The notes beneath the pieces are model-generated. The model had not been told where the DNA came from. It was given only the letters and a program-made list of their open reading frames with translations, and made no database searches. A stretch of DNA of 64,000 nucleotides from an uncultured delta proteobacterium (lineage in GTDB: Bacteria > Desulfobacterota > Desulfobulbia > Desulfobulbales > Desulfocapsaceae), in assembly GCA_963745265.1 (NCBI GenBank), contig CAVUXQ010000034.1, positions 41,560-105,559 on the forward strand. The letters are read 5' to 3'. Positions 60,882-64,000 of the stretch are shown in pieces (within the stretch, counting starts at the first letter, position 1; each line of letters begins with the position of its first letter). The position numbers were made by a program, and so were the translations under genes.

Positions 60882-63382
60882 ATGAATCTTCAGACTCACG
60901 AGTTGGGGGATATATTCGCTGAAATTCAAACTGAATTTTCAGATGATCCTGTCATTCGGGTAGAACCTGTCGCAGGCGATCCTCCCAACCAATACGACAT
61001 AACCTACGAGCTCTCCTGCACCAGCCGGGACGAGCGTGGCAATATCGCTGTTACTTCTCCACACAGTGTAACGATATCGATCCCTTTTGGTTTTCCACAC
61101 TTCCCTCCGAGTTGCAAGCCCAAAAGCGCAATCTTCCATCCCGATTTCGATCCGGCAGCAATCTGTCTGGGCAGCTTCTGGGATAGTGATCGCAACTTAC
61201 CGGAATTGATCCGCTATATTGGCAGAATGATTTCAGGTGAGATCTATTCTCGGGATCACGCATTCAACGAGGAAGCCGCCCTCTGGTTTGCTCAGCACAC
61301 CGACGAGTTACCATTCTCCTCATATGACGGATTGTCAACAGCACGCTCAACCGGCGCTTCGCTTGACGGGCATCTCGCTGAAGGCGCCAAAGAAAATGAA
61401 CTGGGAACACTTGAGGATCGTGATTTCGTCGATGATTTGGATTATGACCACCAACCTGCCACGCCGCCACCTCTCTTCGCGACCCCCGAGCCGGTTGACA
61501 CCGAATCGCAGGAACCACCTGAAATACCAATTGAGAAATTGCTTCTTCTCGCTGAAGAGAGAAAATTTCAGGCCTTAGCCGAGGAACTTGCATCATTTCC
61601 CCAGAACGTCGAATTCGCTCAAAAGCAAATCCTCACCGAACAGGCATCTTCAGCGCTTCGAGCCGCCCACCAAAGATACGACGAAGCTCAAGACCTCGAA
61701 GACGAGGGCAACACCCAGCTAGCACTGCATGCTTATCTTGAGGTCGAAACCCTGGTCGCCGACTACCCCCGCATCAAAGGGGACATCAGCAGAGTGGAAC
61801 AGGCGGTCGACCTCCTCAGCGAGTTCTCAACGCCATCGAGCGGCGCACAGCCGGAAAACGACACCCCTGCTACTCGCCCCAAGAAGCCGCTCGCCGCAAA
61901 AAAAGCCAGGGAGGCGCGCCCTAAAAAAACAGCCGGTAGCACGATCCACCGACGCCCCTTACGTTTCGCCTGGGTCGCCATGGGAGGCGCGGCTCTCTGC
62001 TTGATTGCCTTATTTGCTGTTGTTTACCTCGTGCCCAATTCCCGAATGAACGAGGCCCGACAACTCTATTCCGACTGTACATCGCATCTGGCACGACAGG
62101 AGTTTGAAGCGGCCGATCGCACGTGCCGCGCCTCACTGGCAAAAGCCCAAAGCATCTACCTCGGTCACGATACCGAACTCGCTCGCCTGACCGCCAATAT
62201 AGAAGAAATCTTACAATCAAAGCAACTCAGGCAGGGGGTGCTCGGCAACGTGCTCTTCGAGGGGAAATATATTCCCAAAGAGTTGCTTGCCGGCCGCCAG
62301 GCGGTTGCAAAAGACATCTCCAAGGCAGACAGTTTCGCCGACGCAGCATCGTGGAAAGAGGCGGAGAATTGGTATCGGAAGGCGCTCAACCGTGGCCGGG
62401 GAACGGCCGAACTCACGGACGCCGAACTGGCAAAGATCAATCATAAGATTGCTTATGCTCAGTTTCAATTGCAACTCTCACTGGCAGAGCAACGCATGGG
62501 GCTAGGGCAGTGGCAGCAGGCTATAGATATACTGGAAAATCTGCAGACTCAGCTTGACGTGCTTGCGCCCGACCACCGCAAAGAATATCAGCAAAAGCTT
62601 GAAACCCTCTTGGCCAAGAGTCGCTTTTCCAAACTCAAACAGCAGGCAAACACCCTCTTTTCCAAATCCGACTGGAAGGGAGCATTTTCTCTATTTCAAA
62701 AAGCGGTAGAAGCAGGACGGGACCTCTCTGCAACAGAATCACAGGAGGTCAATAACTTACAGGAAGATATCGCCAAGGCTGAGCTCTATTCCACTATCAA
62801 TTCCGGCAACAGCGCTTTTGCAGCCGGTGCGTGGGATGACGCCATACACAACTATAGAAAAGCGCAGCATATACTAAAAATAAAGCGGATCAGCTCCATC
62901 TTCCAGCACCCGAAAAGAGCAAGCGCAAGATCGATCGCATTATTCTGCAATCGAAAATTATCCGGGATAGGCAGCTGTCGGACCATCATAAAGCATCCGG
63001 GGACACAGATGGAGCCCTTAAGTATCTCGATGGCATTCTGGCTGAGATTCACGCCAGCGATTTCAACGACGATCCGGAATTTAAGCAGGTAGTACACGAA
63101 ACAAAGAGGGCGCAACAGGATCTGAAGACAGCGTTGTTTTTGGAGCACCGAAAACAGTATCTGCTAAAAAACTATAAGGACTTGTTTTTTAAAAATTATC
63201 CTGCGGCCAATAAAGGCAGTCTGGCGGCTCCCGTAGCAACGTTTGAGAAAAAACTCGACGACCGCTACCTGTTCAAGCTGCAATGCACCCAATCAGGATT
63301 AGGCAGGCCACTTACGCTGATCATGTACTACTCGTACAACCCAAATACCAAGGCGTGGAATCTGCAGAATGTTGAAAATTGA
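60882..63382 (+). pseudogene. UBC/E2-like domain + single TM helix + TPR-like repeat protein, frameshifted in an A5 run (62876..62880)
   Basis: The N-terminal 140 aa align block for block with E2 cores (ISIPFGFPHFPPSCKPKSAIFHPDFDPAAICLGSFW...LPELIRYIGRMISGE). TM helix FAWVAMGGAALCLIALFAVVYLV. The C-terminal repeats follow W..A...Y.KA. The alternative frame from about 62858 continues ADQLHLPAPEKSKRKIDRIILQ... into ORF 63134..63382. Confidence 0.7.
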
Positions 63383-63391
63383 TATCCTGCG

Positions 63392-63540
63392 CTAGGAGCC
63401 TGTCGGATTATAGGCATTTTTGCTCAGATCGAGGCAAACTCGAAAAAATTACCGGAGGCATATACTGAATATTCCGAGGATAATTTTTTCGATTTTAACG
63501 AAGATATGGGAAAAAAGGGCATAATCCGACAGGCTCCTAG
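63392..63540 (+). repeat. 149-bp MITE-like element, family 1, copy D
   Basis: It differs from copy C at 2 positions by my alignment. It lies between the convergent E2-like gene and kpsF. Confidence 0.85.
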
Positions 63541-63561
63541 TCACGTCCGCCTCTTTGCTTA

Positions 63562-64000
63562 TTACACCAGAAAACGAAATTCCCCTTTACCAAGCAGGTC
63601 GTGAAGATGAAGAATCCCTGTCAGGCGTTGATCCGAATCGACAATGGGGAGCACGGTGATTTCGTGGCGCTGCATGACGCTTAAGGCATCTGCAGCGAGG
63701 GCATCCTTTCCTATACAGACCGGATTCTCGGTCATGACAGCCGCTATCGGGGTATCGGCGACCGCCACGGAGTCCACAATCAATCTCCTGATATCGCCAT
63801 CGGTCACGATTCCCTTGAGCCGGCCATCAGTTCCCGTCACCAGGACCGCACCCAGATTTTTCTCGTTCAAGATCCGGATAGCCGCCGAAGCACATTGATC
63901 CACCTCGATGACGGGAATCTGTTCACCGGTGAGCATGACTTGCTCCACCTTGATCTTGAGTCGCTGACCCAGACTGCCTCCGGGATGGTTATGGCGAAAA
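63562..64000 (-). CDS. kpsF: KpsF/GutQ-type arabinose-5-phosphate isomerase, C-terminal CBS pair only (5' part beyond window)
   Basis: The frame is open to the window edge: FRHNHPGGSLGQRLKIKVEQVMLTGEQIPVI...VLVTGTDGRLKGIVTDGDIRR...ITVLPIVDSDQRLTGILHLHDLL. Confidence 0.8.
   Translation of the reverse strand, partial: FRHNHPGGSLGQRLKIKVEQVMLTGEQIPVIEVDQCASAAIRILNEKNLGAVLVTGTDGRLKGIVTDGDIRRLIVDSVAVADTPIAAVMTENPVCIGKDALAADALSVMQRHEITVLPIVDSDQRLTGILHLHDLLGKGEFRFLV

Overview
This 64-kb window is bacterial chromosome made up almost entirely of core housekeeping genes on both strands. I found no rRNA, tRNA, CRISPR array, transposase, integrase or prophage gene by eye.

Gene content: lgt, HU, an orphan NarL-type response regulator, nhaD, ygiQ, a Wzz/tyrosine-kinase EPS pair, epmA-efp, yfcE, a HIT protein, mutS and an AmiC-like amidase. 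Then atpF'-F-H-A-G-D-C, alaS, gap, glgA, aroC-aroK, yjbQ, a UbiD-family decarboxylase, a pseudouridine synthase, an IHF-like protein and rimO. Then atpZ-I-B-E, hemL, trxA-trxB-bamD, a NIL-ferredoxin, an APH-like kinase pair, larB, fused secDF and the end of kpsF. This organisation (split F-type ATPase operons, fused SecDF, PEP-CTERM-style EPS genes) resembles Desulfobacterota-type genomes. That placement is inference only.

Three things stand out.

1. Many highly conserved genes are broken by frameshifts. The concentration is extreme in the F1 ATPase genes: I needed at least 19 frame changes by hand in 17.4-22.3 kb. alaS has two, and epmA, mutS, aroC, hemL, secDF, an EPS tyrosine kinase and the E2-like gene have one each. 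Several breaks sit in homopolymer runs, so assembly indels are the most economical explanation, but this has to be checked against reads.

2. Two dispersed repeat families fill the intergenic space. One is a 149-bp hairpin-forming MITE-like element with four near-identical copies, one decayed copy and one variant with different termini. The other is a palindromic REP/BIME-like element built on CGTTCACCAG..CCCCA.

3. Two large proteins have architectures I cannot place in a described system. One is a membrane-anchored protein with a eukaryote-like UBC/E2 catalytic core and a TPR-like C-terminal region, with no E1, ubiquitin-like or JAB partner nearby. The other is a roughly 1430-aa protein that joins an unknown helical N-terminal region to a PPDK-type ATP-grasp and phosphohistidine swivel domain, lacks the PEP/pyruvate TIM barrel, and sits directly downstream of glgA and gap.

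All family assignments rest on motif recognition by eye. No database search was run.
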